A DNA stretch of 64,000 nucleotides, taken from NCBI RefSeq assembly GCF_963921235.1, contig NC_086107.1, forward strand, positions 93,808,001-93,872,000, given 5' to 3'. The notes below the pieces were generated by a model. That model did no database searches and had not been told where the DNA came from. It saw nothing but the letters and a program-made list of their open reading frames with translations. Position 1 is the first letter of the stretch, and every line of letters starts with the position of its first letter. Position numbers and translations under genes: made by a program. Below, in pieces: positions 1 to 12,443 of this stretch. Origin of the DNA: Mobula hypostoma. Taxonomy: Eukaryota.

Positions 1-319
1 TCCACCAACACCACAAAACTCTGTGTCGGGCTAAACAGTTTCTCTGTCAGATTATTTTAAATTTGCTGGATTTTTTTTTATATACAAACCCAAGTTCCAC
101 AGGGATGGTGTGTTTGAATAATTGATCAATGGAGAAATATTGCTGATTGCAATGTTATTTTTGTGGCAGTCAGTCATGCAGCTTTGCTCTTGGGTCACAG
201 GGGTCATAGAGTTACTCAGCATGAAACAGACCCTTTAGCCCAGCTCATCTTCGCTGACCATGATGTCTAATCCCACTTGCCCCAAAACCTTTCCTTTCCT
301 AACCAACCCAAGTTTATTC

Positions 320-420
320 TCCTGATCTTCATCAGGGCCCTGGCCTGAAACGTCAGCTGTTTACTCCCCTCCATAGACTCTGCCTGACTTGTTGAGTTCC
401 TCCATCATTTTGTGTGTGTT
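320..420 (+). mobile_element. Penelope-like element (PLE) terminal repeat (pLTR) remnant
   Basis: ggcctgaaacgtcagctgtttac...ctgcctgacttgttgagttcctcc resembles the pLTR beside the GIY-YIG remnant at 41270-41400. Confidence 0.7.
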
Positions 421-579
421 TTCACCAAGTGAGGAGTTCTTACTTTTCTCTCGGAATCAGAGTCAAGTTTAATATCGCTGATATAAATGTTGTGAAATCC
501 ATTGTTTTGTGGCAGCAATACAGTGCAATACACAAAAAAAGTATTAATTACAATCAGAAATATTTATAAAATATAAATT

Positions 580-583
<4 letters not shown>

Positions 584-618
<35 letters not shown>
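584..618. repeat. (CA)n microsatellite abutting a pLTR remnant (626-710)
   Basis: Pure AC run of about 35 bp. Confidence 0.95.
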
Positions 619-623
<5 letters not shown>

Positions 624-739
624 TTGAGTCCTGAGGAAGGGTCTCAGCCCTTCTTGACTGCTTGTTCATTTCCACGGATACGACCTGACCTGCTGACTTC
701 CTCCAACAATCTTTATTTATTTTGATCTACTGAAGTACA

Positions 740-970
740 ACGCAGAGTAGGCCCTTGAGCCGTGCCACCCGGCAACACCCGAATTAACGCTAGCCTAATC
801 ACGGGACAATTCACAATGACCAATTAACCTACCAACTGGTACGTCTTTGGACTGCAGCAGGGAACCGGGGCACCCGGAGGTGATGGGGAGAACGTACAAA
901 CTCCTTACAGACAGCAGAGGGAGTGGATCACTGGAACTGTAAAGCGCCGTGCTAACCACTACGCCACCAT
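740..970 (-). mobile_element. tRNA-derived V-SINE (HE1-like)
   Basis: Minus strand: A-box-like gtagtggttagcac, then ctgtctgtaaggagtttgtacgttctcccc. Further copies near 24380-24545, 24785-24915, 43430-43600, 53750-54010, 62500-62760. Confidence 0.7.
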
Positions 971-1519
971 GTGTGTCGATTTGGATTTCCAGCATCTACA
1001 GAATTTCTGGTGTGTACAAATTTAGAAAGCAGTGCAAAAAGAGAGCCAAAAGATAGTGAGCTGGCGTCAGAAATCCAACGGTGAGGGGAAGAAGCTGTTC
1101 GTAAAACATTGAGTGTGTGTTTCTCCTTCCTGTTGGTAGTAACTAGAAGAGAAGATTTCTAATACAAGGTTAAGGTTTTTTTTAAGAATGTATTTGACCT
1201 CATCCTCTGGGTGTGGAGACTGATTCTGTCCTTAGGATCTGAAAAAGAGAAGGCAAGTGCAATAGAACCAATCCTGTGATGACACCTGTACACCCCTGCC
1301 ACATGTCAGGACCATATTAGGGGAAAGAAGAAAATTACAAAATAAGAGACAAACCGGAGGTCACCTGAAATCTATAAACAACTGAGGTCCAAATTGAAAA
1401 GCATCAAAAATCTTCCCCTTTGCCTCAGGATGTGAGGCCGGCCAGATCACCAGACACCTGGGGAGCTGTGAAGTATCAGTCTCCAAAAGTCCCGTATCCA
1501 GCACTTTGGAGAAAAGCGT

Positions 1520-2093
1520 CTGTTACATTATTGGCTAGAAGGGCTATTTTATTAAAATGGAAAGATGCTTCTGCTCCCACTTTGATACAATGATTCTCTC
1601 AGGTGATGTTATGTCTTAGTTTGGAGAAAATCAGGTCGAACTTTTGATCCTCAATTTGACTTTGAGAAAAGGTGGGGCTCTTTTGCCCGCTACTATCATT
1701 TGATTTGAGTTAATTAAGATGGTCCCCTTCTGATTCTTGGGTAAATGGATTTGGTTGGCGGATTGACGTCTTTCTTTTATGGAAGCTTGTATGGCGGATA
1801 GCTCCGGGTTTGTGCTCCAAACTTTTTTTTCTCTTTTTTTTGTTAGCAGGGTTTCTTTTTTGTTTTAGTTAGCAAGAGTTTTTTTTCCTTCATTCTTTTT
1901 TCCAAAAAAAATAACTTTAACATTTTGTTTTTTCTTATAATTATTATTATTATTATTATTGATATACTGTTTAGCTTGGCTAATAGTTTGACTCTTAATA
2001 TACATATTGCTATACTGACTTGATTATTTTAATGTTTTTTTGTTCTCGATTTTCAATAATAATTAATAAAAAGATTTTAAAATGAAATGAAAT
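1520..2093 (+). mobile_element. 5'-truncated L1-clade LINE (ORF2 C-terminus plus 3' UTR)
   Basis: Translates VTLLARRAILLKWKDASAPTLIQ*FSQVMLCLSLEKIR, like fish L1 C-termini; aataaa plus (aaatg)n tail; 9-bp TSD gaaaagcgt at 1511-1519 and 2094-2102. Confidence 0.8.
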
Positions 2094-2134
2094 GAAAAGC
2101 GTGGCCCAGCGGGTTATGACTGCCTGGTTTCCTA

Positions 2135-2280
2135 TCTCACACTGGGACCCCTACACTGCACTCTCTACTGACTCAACGGGACCCTCACACTACACTTTCG
2201 ACTGACTTAGCCGGACTCCTACACAACACAGTCTGCCAGGACACCCACACCACCTTCCAGCCTAACCCTCCGGGACCCTT
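2135..2280. repeat. Degenerate ~37-bp tandem repeat followed by AT-rich low complexity (to ~2495)
   Basis: Recurring gggaccc..cacactacact..ctgact units. Confidence 0.6.
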
Positions 2281-2794
2281 AAATTGGAAATATATTATAA
2301 TACTGTCATTATTATTAAAGTGCTTTTATAAAGCATGTTATATATAAAACATATGTAATATGTTATTTTATATAATCATAAAATATTATATAAAAATAAA
2401 CATATTTATATCAGTATATACTCATATAATACATTATATTAACACAATATGTAATAAAAATAAAATAAATATAATATAAAACTATAATTAAAAGCTATAG
2501 GACATAGAACATTACAGCACAGTACAGGCCTTCCAGAGCTTGATGTGCTAACCCTTTAACCTACTTCAAGATCATCTAATCCTTCTCTCACACAAAGCCC
2601 TCCATTTTTCTATCATCCATGTGCCTATCTAGGAGTTTCTAATATATTTGCCTCTAGCACCACCACTGGCAGTATGTTCCGTTCACCCATCTCTCTCTGG
2701 GTAAAAACTATATCTCTGACATTCCCTCTATCCATCACCATAAAATTATGCCCTCTCATATTAGCTATTGCTGTCTGTGAAAAGGCACTGACCA

Positions 2795-3118
2795 TCCACT
2801 CTTGGTTGTTCTTTGTAAATTTTTTTACAGAAGTGGCTTGCCAGTGCCTTCTGGGGAGTGTCTTTACAAGGTGGGTGACTCCAGCCATTATCAATACTCT
2901 TCAGAGATTGTCTGCCTGGCGTCAGTGGTTGCATAACCAGGACTTGTGATGTGCACAATATGACCATCCAGCACCTTCTCCCATGGCTTCACAAGACTCT
3001 GATCGGATGGGGGCCTAAGCAGGTGCTACACCTTGTCCAAGGGTGACCTACAGGCTAGCGGAGTGAAGGAGAGCTTTACACCTCCTTTGGTAGAGACGTA
3101 TCATCACACCGCCACCCA
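2795..3118 (-). mobile_element. Non-autonomous RTE-related retroposon inserted in a CR1 3' remnant (2495-3230)
   Basis: agaagtggcttgccagtgccttct resembles the reverse complement of BovB/RTE-type 3' tails; CR1 sequence resumes on both sides. Confidence 0.55.
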
Positions 3119-3794
3119 TATTCTCACCACACACGCCTCTAATGGAGGGAGAATCCAGGTAAGTCTCCTCTGCACCCTCTCTAAAGCTTCCGTATCCTAC
3201 CTGTAATGCAGCAACCAGAGCTGAGTACAATTTGGGGCAGCCCTTAAAAAGAGAAAGAAAAGAGAGAACAGAGGGCAGTGTAGGGGAGGTAGGACAAATT
3301 TGGATTTTTTTTTCTGGAGTAGCAGAGGCTCAGTGGTGACCTGATAGAAGCTTAGAAGATGATGAGAGACACCTGAGAGGTCGGGGTCGGTATCGTTTTC
3401 CTCACAGTAGAAATGTAATACTAGAGGGTGTTATTTAAGATAAGAGGAGCTAAGTTGAAAGGAGATGTGTGAGCCACATTTTTTTTATACAGAGAGTGTT
3501 GGGTGTCGGGAACGTGCTGCCAGGAGTAGTGGTGGAAGGAGATACGATAGAAGCATTTAAGAAGCTCTTAGTCAAGCACGTAAATGTGGAGAGAATGGAG
3601 AGTATGGACATCAATGTTTAAAGTTCAGAGTAAATTTATCATCAAAGTACGTATATCTCACCATTTACTACCTCGAGATTCATTTTCTTACAGGCATTCT
3701 AGACCCAAAATGTCAACTGTCCACTCCCCTCCACAAATGCTGCCTGACCCTCTGAGTTCCTCCAGTGTTTTGTGTGCTGCTCGATGTTCTCCTT

Positions 3795-4285
3795 CACATG
3801 TTCTGCTAGTCTGTTGTCGCCAGTACAATCTTCTATGCGGTGGTGTGCTGGGGCAATGGCATCAACATGGGTGATGCCATCCAACTCAATAAACTGATTA
3901 GAAAGTCTGGCTCTGTTATAGGAGTCAAACTGGACACACTAGAGGTTGTGGTAGAACAAAGAACCCTACGGAAAATCCTGGCAATTCTGGGCAATGTTCC
4001 TCATCCTCTGCATGCCACCTTGGCTGAACAGAGGAGCACTTTCAGTAATAGGCTAAGACAACCGCGCTGCTCCAAAGAGCGTTATATGAGGTCATTCTCA
4101 CCCTCGGCCATTAGGCTCTATAATGAGTCAACCTATAGCCGGGGAAGTGATGACCCCCTGTTTGACTAAGGTAACTTATTTTTTTATGCTTTCTTACTTC
4201 TCTTCTAATATTGTATATCTGTGCACTTGTAATGCTACTGTGACACTGTAATTTTCTTTGGGATCAATAAAGTATCTATCTATCT
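3795..4285 (+). mobile_element. Rex1/Babar-type LINE 3' end
   Basis: ORF 3840-4169 VCWGNGIN...LNKLIRK...HPLH...SAIRLYN; tail aataaagtatctatctat; second copy at 56570-57028 (-). Confidence 0.75.
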
Positions 4286-4461
4286 TTCTATTCCATTATC
4301 TACGGCCACTTACATCTCCAGTTGTTTGACATTTCCCTGAAGTACTGCTGAAGCTTGAAGGGAAACAGTGACACCACAGGTAGGGAAGTGCAATGACAGT
4401 GTGACATGTTTACGTTGACATTTAGTACCAGCAATGCACCGGGAGTGAGCTAGTTAGCAGA

Positions 4462-5470
4462 AGACATAGGAGCAGAATTAGGCCATTCGGCCCTTCAAGT
4501 CTGTTCCGCCATTCAATCATGGCTGATTTATTATCCCACTCAACTCCATTCACTGGCCTTCTGCCCGTAACCTTTGACACCCTTACTCATCAAGAACCTA
4601 TCAATCTCCACTTTAAATATACCCATTGACTTGGTCTCCACAGCAGTCCATGGCAATGAGTTCCACAATTTCACCATCTTCTGGTTAAAGAAATTCCACC
4701 TCATCTCTGTTCTAAAGAGACTCCCCCACCATAGGAAACATCCTCTCCACGTCCGCACTATCCAGGTCTTTCAATGTTCGATAGGTTTCAATGAGATTCC
4801 CCCCTCATTCTTCTAAATTCCATTGAATACTTAGTCAAAGCCATCTAATGCTTCTCATATCTTAACCCTTTCATTCCCAGGATCATTCTCGTGAACCTCC
4901 TCTGGACCCTCTCCAGTGCCAGCACACCTTTCTTAGATAAGGAGCCCAAAACTGCTCACCGTATTTCAAGTGCGGTCTGACCAATCACTTGTAAAGCCTC
5001 AGCAGAACTTCCTTGCTTTTATATTCTAGTCCTCTCGAAATGAATGCTGACTTTGCATTTGCCTTCCTCACCACCGACTCAGCCTGCAAGTTAACCTTTA
5101 GGGAACCTTGCACCAGCACTCCCACGTCCCTTTGCTCCTCTGATTTTTGATTCTTCTCCTCATTCAGAAAATAATCTATGCCTTTATTCCTTCTGACAAA
5201 GTGCATGACCAGACACTTCCTGACACTGTATTCCACCTGTCACTTCGTTTTCCGTTCTCCTAATCTGTCTAGGTCCTTCTGTAGTCTCCCTGCTTCCTCA
5301 ACACGACCTGCCCTTGGCCACAAAGCCATCAATTTCATCGCTCAGATCATTGATATGTAAAGGGAAAAGAAGGGGTCCCAACACCGACCCCTGCAGAACT
5401 CCACTAGTCACCAGTAGCCAACCAGAAAAGGCCCCCTTTATTCCCACTCTTTGCCTCCGGCCAGTCAGCA
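4462..5470 (-). mobile_element. CR1 LINE 3' remnant (decayed RT plus 3' UTR)
   Basis: Pieces VTSGVLQGSVLGPLLF, VRKANAKSAFISRGLEYKSKEVLL and NFFNQKMVKLWNSLP. Confidence 0.85.
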
Positions 5471-5960
5471 AATCTTCAAAGCAGAGGGAAGAAAGGTCCT
5501 TGCAACCTCTGAGATACAATGACTTCAGGACTGACCTGACAACTTAAATGTGGGCAGTGGAAATTATAGAGAGAAAGTTGACACAAGTGAGGCAGAGAAA
5601 GAGAATGGTAATAGGGAGCAAGGGGTCACAGAGAGTAATTAATTATCAACGTGCAGGGAGTGTAAATAAGAGATCGGTGATGTAATTTTGGGTAATATTT
5701 CACATAAAATGTGTAAGTTCATACCAACCCTACTAACCTGGATGCTGAGCTGCCAACTCTCGAATAAGAGCGAAAGCATGCTGTAACATTGCAATATCAG
5801 GTCAGTCATGTCTCACTCCAAAATAATCGACTTGTCAGAAAATAATTACCAAATTAAATTATAATTCACTGAAGCGGAACATACCAGAGCAGTCAGCTCC
5901 ATTTGTGAATGAAGTAATTTGTCACCAAGCTTCGTCCGAGCATCGTGGATGATGAGCGAC

Positions 5961-6110
5961 CGTGGGGCAGCGAGTAGTTCTGCTGCCTCCCTGCTCCCAT
6001 GCCCTGAGTTCGAGCCTGACCTCGGGCACTGTCTGTGTGGAGTGTGCACGCTCTCCCTCTCCCTGTTTGGGTGCTCCGTATTCGCAGCCACGCCCCAAAG
6101 ATGTGCGGTT
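5961..6110 (+). mobile_element. V-SINE (HE1-like)
   Basis: tRNA-like head (gagttcgagcc B box), then ctgtctgtgtggagtgtgcacgctctccc. Confidence 0.7.
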
Positions 6111-6291
6111 AACTAATCCCAGTAAGGTCCCCCAGAGGAGCCAGGGCGGAAAAGGTGGGCGCCTGAGGGAAAATTGGCTATACACAAGGAAATGAGAATG
6201 GGAAGATGGAGATTGATCTGAGACCTTGTATTGACTCAATAAGTCAAATGGCCTCCTCCTTTGTTGTATGCAAATATGAGAAATGTGAAAC

Positions 6292-6570
6292 CACTCTCAG
6301 TGGCCACTTTATTAGGTAATCTGGCTTGTTAATACAAATATCTAATCAGCCAATCACATGGCAGCAACTCAATGTATAAAAGCCTACTGACAAGGTCAAG
6401 AGGTTCAGATGTTCAGACCAAACATCAGAATGGGGCAGAAATGTAATCTAAGTGACTTTGATCATGGAATGATTGTTGGTGTCAGATGATTTTTGGTTTG
6501 AGTATCTCAGAAACTGCTGATCTCCAGGGATTTTCACCCACAGCAGTCTCTAAAGTGAAGAGAGAAATCG
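6292..6570 (+). mobile_element. Tc1-like transposon 5' fragment
   Basis: TIR ctcagtggccactttattaggta, then MGQKCNLSDFDHGMIVG (paired-like HTH start). Confidence 0.8.
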
Positions 6571-6959
6571 CAGGCTACTCTATGGTGACATATACTGTAC
6601 ACAGTTGGATATTAAACTTACTTTGACTGTGACTTTGAGCCTCTGCCCCAGCAGGCAGGGAAGGAGATCTCTGCTACCAGGTGGTGTCACTGCAAGGTAG
6701 TGTATAGACTGCTGAGCCCCGGGCAATGGTAAACCTGAGAGGGCAGTGTGGGGGCAAGTTCTTGCAGGAGGAGGCAAATTCCAGGGTTGTGACAGGTGTG
6801 AGCAGAGCCACGCAGAGAGTCAGCAGACCGGAGAGGCTGAAGGAGGAAGGGGTGAAGGGCTGACAGCCGACAAAGGCTACAGATTTCCTGCTGCTGTCCC
6901 CACAGCCGCTGTTTAGTAAGAAAGCTCCAGCCATAGACCGCGCAGAGCAAGGACACACA

Positions 6960-7580
6960 TCCATAGATTCATAGAGTCATACAGCTCAGAAACAGGCCAT
7001 TCAGCCCCACCGTTCCATACTGACCAAGATCTCCATCTACACTAATTCATTTGTCCTCATTTGGCCCATAACCTTCTAATCTTTCCTATCCTAGCACCTT
7101 TTAAGTGTTATTAATGTACCTGCCTCAACCACTTCCTCTATCGGTTTGTTCCATATACGGACTACTCTCTGGGTGAAGGAGCTGCCCCTCGGGTTCTTAT
7201 TAATCGGGGATATTTAAGAAACTGTTAGATAGTTGGTGGATGACCCCAAAACGGAGGGCTATGTGGGAGGGAAGCATTAGATTGATCTTAATGTAGATTA
7301 AAAGGTTGGCACACTATCATGGGCCAAAGGGCTTGTACTATTCTGTCATGATTTATATTCCGTGTTCTAAATCTCTTGCCTCTCTCCATAAGCCTGTGTC
7401 CTCTAATTCTTGATTCCCCAGTCCTGGGGAAAAGTGTGCACGTTCACCCTATCGATGCCCCTCATGATTTGGTACATCTCCATAAGATCACTCCTCATTC
7501 TCCTGCACTGTGAGGAATGAAGTTCTAGCCTACCCAGACCCTTTCCATAGCTCAGTCTCCCGGGCCCTGGCAACGTCCTG
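6960..7580 (-). mobile_element. CR1 3' remnant containing an opposite-strand CR1 tail fragment (~7205-7370)
   Basis: RRMRSDLMEMYQIMRGIDRVN; catagagtcatac tail. Confidence 0.75.
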
Positions 7581-8054
7581 AAGGCTTGTGGGAAGTAATT
7601 CAAAACTAGTTACTTCCCCCAACGCCTCAGGCTGCTCAACACCTCCACCCATCGAACCACCTCTCCACTTTATCATTTCCTGTCAAGCGTCACCTTGTGT
7701 ACAGATACTCTTGCACCTAACCTCACTTTATAGACCTACAGTCAATCTATGCGCATGAGCTAATATCTCAATTAGATAATCTTATTGTGTGTTTATTGTT
7801 ATTTATGCTGTTTGTGCTACATCATATCCGGGGGAACAATCATTTCCTTCTCCTTTACACTTGTGCACTAATGAATCACAATAAATAATCTTGAGGAGTA
7901 AAATCTTCTCTGCACTCTTTCCAATTTAATGGCATCTTTCTCACAGCAGGGGTGACCAAAAACTGATCAATTCCAGAGACGGTTTCACCAACATCTTGCT
8001 GGCTAATTAGTTTGGCACAACAAAATGGGCCTCAGGGCCTATTCCTGTGCTGTA

Positions 8055-8520
8055 CAAAGTCAAGAAAATCTGCAGATGCTGGCAATCCAAAGCAGCACAC
8101 ACAAAATGATGGAGGAACTCAGCAAGCCAGGCACCATCTATGGAATACAGTAAATTTTCAACGTTTTGGGCCGAGACTGGTGAAAAAAGATGAAAAGTCA
8201 GAATAAGAGGGTGGGGGGAGGGGAGGAAGAAGTACAAGATGGTAGGTGGTAAGTGAAACCAGGAGGGGTGGGGGAGTGAAGTAAAGAGCTGGGAAGCTGA
8301 TTTGTGAAAGAGATACAGGGCTGGATAAGGGGGAATCTGTTAGGAGAGGGTGGAAGGCCATGGAAGAAAGTGAAGGGGGAGGAGCGCCAGAGGGAGGTGA
8401 TGGGCAGGTGAGGAGAGGGAAACAGGAATGGGGGGCAATTATCAGAAGTCTGAGAAACCGCCATTCATGCCATCAGGGTGGAGGCTGCCCAGACGGATTA
8501 TAAGGTGTTGCTCCTCCACG
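8055..8520 (-). mobile_element. PLE 3' end (GIY-YIG C-terminus plus pLTR)
   Basis: Minus strand EEQHLIIRLGSLHPDGMN, pyrimidine-rich spacer and pLTR. Confidence 0.8.
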
Positions 8521-8666
8521 TTCTATAGTGTGGCAGGACTGTCGGAAGGGGCTGTGAAAGAGTTGACTGGTTCGGGAGTCTGACATCTCTGAAGATCTAT
8601 CCCGGGCCCAACATATTCAGGCATCCCAGTGGCTATACTTTATTAAGAGTTTGAGGAGATGTGGTA

Positions 8667-8975
8667 CGAGGGGTGATTGATAAGTTCATAGCCTAAAGTA
8701 GAAGGAGTCAATTTTAGAAAACCTAGCACATTTATTTTTCAACATAATCCCCTCCTACATTTACACACTTAGTCCAGCGGTCATGAAGCATACGGATCCC
8801 TTCTTTGTAGAAGTCGGCGTCTTGGACCTCCAGAAAGTGGTCCACAGCAGGGGTGATTGATAAGTTTGTGGCTTAAGGTAGAAGAAGATGAGTTATTAAC
8901 TTCAAACTTCCTGCATAATCACTCAAAGAGTTGAACTGCACGTGCATGTAACGAGAGCTGTATAACTCATCTCCT
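8667..8975 (-). mobile_element. Mariner deletion derivative (transposase C-terminus plus duplicated TIR)
   Basis: TA then TIR cgaggggtgattgataagtt; minus strand AVDHFLEVQDADFYKEGIRMLHDRWTKCVNVGGDYVEK*. Confidence 0.85.
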
Positions 8976-9289
8976 GCACAGGATCAGAAAAAGCTGTAGA
9001 GAGTTGCAAACTCAGCCATTTTCAGAAGAGGATGTCTCAAAAAGGCAGCATCCTTCATTAAGGGCCCTCACCCTCCAGGACATCTTCTCATCGCCACCAT
9101 CAGGGAGGAGGCACAGGAGCCTGAAGACACACACTCAGCATTTTAGTGACAGCTTCTTCCCCTCTACCGTCAGATTTCTGAACAGTCCATGAATCCATGA
9201 ACACTACCTCACTGCATTTGCTCTTTTTTGTGCTATTTATTTAATTTCATTTTATATACAGGAATTTATTTCTTATTTCTTATTTTTTT

Positions 9290-9490
9290 CCCCTTAACTC
9301 CAAGTGGAGTCATCAGGACGCCGTCATGACGGAGTTTTTTTAGCAGGCTTTCTTATTTTTACGAGTCCGAGTTGCTAGCTCAACGCTCAACCCAGCACCG
9401 ATGGAAAGCGTGCAAGGGGGCTGGCTGGATTCGAACTCGGGAGCCTTCACTCTGAGGTCCGGCGCTGATGCCACTACGCCACCAGCCAGC
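9290..9490 (-). mobile_element. tRNA-derived SINE inserted in a Rex1/Babar 3' UTR (host ~8620-9560, +)
   Basis: Minus strand ggtggcgtagtggc A box and gagttcgaatcc B box; atttcttatt on both flanks; related copy at 35485-35690 (+). Confidence 0.75.
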
Positions 9491-9566
9491 ATTTCTTATT
9501 ATAATTGAGAGTATTTTTTTGTATTGCGCAGTACTGCTGCCACAAAACATCAAACTTCACGGGATA

Positions 9567-10103
9567 CGGTACTGTGCAAAAGTCTTAGGTGCATGTATAT
9601 ATCTGGGTGCCTAAGACTTTTACACAGTACTGCGGTGATTCTATGTATTGCACTGTACTGCTGCCACAAAAAAAACAAATTTCATGACATATGTGAGCAG
9701 ATAGTGATGCTTCTGATAAGAGTATAGTGGACCTGAGTGGGAAGGGGGCATGGAGAGGGGAATCATACTTGGGAAAAGGGGAAGGGAGAGGGGAGGGAGT
9801 GGGAAGCACCAGAGAGATTCTGTAATGAACAATAAACCAATTGTTTGGAATCAAATGGCCTTGTCTGGTGTCTCAGGGGTGGGTGGGTCTGCACCCACAA
9901 CACCCCCCAGGCCCCAGCACTCAGCGTTCTTTCTCTGCCACCCGTCCCTCATCCCCCTCCCAAGCACTCCACCCTCGCCATTCCAAACATCCTTTGCTCC
10001 CGCCAGATTTACCAACTCGCTCTCCGCTCCACGTTGACAAATACAGTACTGTGTATATAGACCCTAGCGATATACGTGTGCCTGAGACCTTTGGGCAGTA
10101 CTG
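9567..10103 (+). mobile_element. Non-autonomous Tc1-type composite element, copy 1 (TIR hairpin at each end)
   Basis: TA-flanked; TIR cagtactgtgcaaaagtcttagg forms hairpins at 9567-9632 and 10044-10103. Confidence 0.75.
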
Positions 10104-10363
10104 TACATCAGTAACAATAAACATGGTTCTGTTGCTGATTCTGAGCAGTAGGGGAGAAGCTTTCCTCGAGAATGGTCGTACGAGCTTTCTAACCCCTGCA
10201 TCCCATCCCAGAAGGTCGAAGGGAGAAAAGGAACGGCCAGCGTGGCAAGCACCCTTGACGATACTGTTCATCTTCGTGAAGCCACACACCGTGGAGAGGG
10301 ACTGGCCGGTGAGCCTGTGATGTGTTTACAGTTCACTGCAGGCTCCGGCAGTCCAGAGCAGAG

Positions 10364-10898
10364 CAGCTCCTGTGCCAGGCTGAGGTATATCACAGACCTA
10401 AGACGTTCGCACGGTCCTGTATTTGTCAGCACGGAGCCGAGAGCGAGATTGTAAATCTGGCGGGAGCAAAGGGTATTGGCAAGGGTGGAGCACCACGGGA
10501 CGGGTGCGGGACAGGTGGCAGAGAAGGAATGCCAGTGGCGGGGTGGGGGGGTGGATGGCAAGGGAGCAGACACACCCAGCCCTGAGACACAGGCAAGGTC
10601 ATTTCATTCGAAACAATTGGTTCATTGACCATTACCGAATGTCTCTCTGGTGCTTCCCGCTCCCTTCCTTCTACCGTCCCCTTTTCCGAACCACGATTCC
10701 CCTCTCCCTGCCCCCTTCCCACTCTCAGTCCACAACAGCGACCCACATCAGAATCAGGTTTATCATCACTCACATATGTCATGAAATTTGATTTTTTTTT
10801 CAAATTGCAGTATAGTGCAATATTGCTACAGTACTGTGCAAAAATCTTAGCTACACTAGCTATATATAAGTGCCTGAGGCCTTTTTGGCACAAGACTG
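10364..10898 (-). mobile_element. Same composite Tc1-type element, copy 2 (inverted)
   Basis: 10420-10800 is the diverged reverse complement of 9640-10046; terminal hairpin ~10829-10898. Confidence 0.75.
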
Positions 10899-11452
10899 TA
10901 TATCAGGGTACTTTCTATATTGTATCCGTAGCAGGCACAGAGCATCATCTGAGCGATTGCGTCTATGCTGTTTGTAGAATGCTTCGTAGTTTGTGATATG
11001 TTTCCCGATGTTTCAAGGCTGTGACGAGCACCTTAAAAAACGTCAGGTCACGGCTTGGTACGGCGACTGTTGGGCCCGTGTCCACAAGGAACTGCAGAGA
11101 GTTGGGGGCACAGCTCAGCGTATCGCGAAACCAGCCTCCCCTCCACAGACCCTGCTGATCTTCTCGCTGCCTCAGTAAAGCAGCCGACATGATCAAAGGC
11201 CCCCACCCACCCTCGGCATTCTCTCTTCCCCCCTCTCCCATTGGGCAGAAGATATGGAAGTCCGAAAGCCTGTCCCACTAGACTCAAGAACAGTTTCTAT
11301 CACACTGCTCTAAGACTATTCAAATATTCCCTAGTGCCATAAGACCTCACAATCTAAGTTGCTTTCACCTTGCACCTTGAGATTTATTTTCTTGCAGGCA
11401 TTTAAGAAAAAAGAAATGTAATGGAATTTTACAAAAAACTATACATAACCAG

Positions 11453-11800
11453 AAAAACTCCTTGCCCGCCCATCACCTCCCTCTGGTGCTCCTCCTCCCC
11501 CCACCCCCACACCATTTTTCTTTCATCCATGGCTTTCTCTCTCTTCTACCAATCAACTTCCCAGCTCTTTACTTCATCCTGCCTCCTCCAGACTTCACCT
11601 ACCAGCTGGTGTGTCTCCCTCCCTCCCCTCCACCTTTTAAATCTACTCCTCAGCTTTGTTTCTCCAGTCCTGCCGAAGGGTTTCCGCCCAAAACGTTGAC
11701 TGTACTTCTTTCCGTAGATGCTGCCCGGCCTGCTGAGTTCCTCCAGCATTGTGCGTGCCTGTTGCTCGGATTTCCAGCATCTGCAGATTTTCTCTTGTTT
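11453..11800 (+). mobile_element. PLE pLTR insertion
   Basis: 8-bp TSD ataaccag (11445-11452, 11801-11808); degenerate hammerhead motif at 11665-11702. Confidence 0.8.
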
Positions 11801-12217
11801 ATAACCAGGCGAAGGCTGACAAACAGCCAATGTACAAAAGAAGACAAAATGTGTAAGTAAAACTAACACTGAGAACATGAGTTGTAGAGCCCTTGAAAGT
11901 GAGACTGGGAGGCTGTGGAATCAGTTCAGAGATGAGGCGATTGAAGTTGTCCACGCTGGTTCAGGAGCCTGATGGTTGTAGGGTAATAACTGTTCCTGAA
12001 CCTGGCAATGTGCACCTCCCGTCCAATGGTAGAAGCAAAAAGAGAGCATGGCCTGGATCTCGGGGATCTTCAATGATGGATGCTGTTTTCTCGTTGCAGA
12101 GCTCCTTGGGAATGTACTCAGCGTTCGGGATGGCTTTGCATGTGATGGACTGGGCTCTATCATCACATTCCGTTGCCTTTTCCATTCCTCCGCATCGGAC
12201 CAGTCAGGATACTCTCC

Positions 12218-12443
12218 GCACAAAACAGCGGAGGAACTCAGCAGGCCAGGCAGCCTCTGTGGAAGAGAGAACAGTCGATGCTTCGAGCCGCAGTCCTTCA
12301 TCAGGACGCATGAAAGGTCCTGGAGAAGGGTCTTGGCCCTTAATGTTGACTGTACTCTCTTCCATAGGTGCTGCCTGGCCTGCTGAGTTCTTCCACTGTT
12401 TCCTGGATTTCCAGCATCTGCAGATTTTCTCATGTTTGTGATT
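12218..12443. mobile_element. PLE fold-back insertion (inverted pLTR pair)
   Basis: 12-bp TSD aggatactctcc (12206-12217, 12444-12455); opposed hammerhead-like motifs at 12272-12308 and 12317-12352. Confidence 0.85.

Noticed and set aside
1198..1255. Minus-strand exon after a strong acceptor (ttctctttttcag)
   Set aside because: Weak donor (gtcaaa), no recognisable peptide and no partner exons.
6672..6690. CTCF-like site ctaccaggtggtg
   Set aside because: Two mismatches to the core; such matches are expected by chance in 64 kb.
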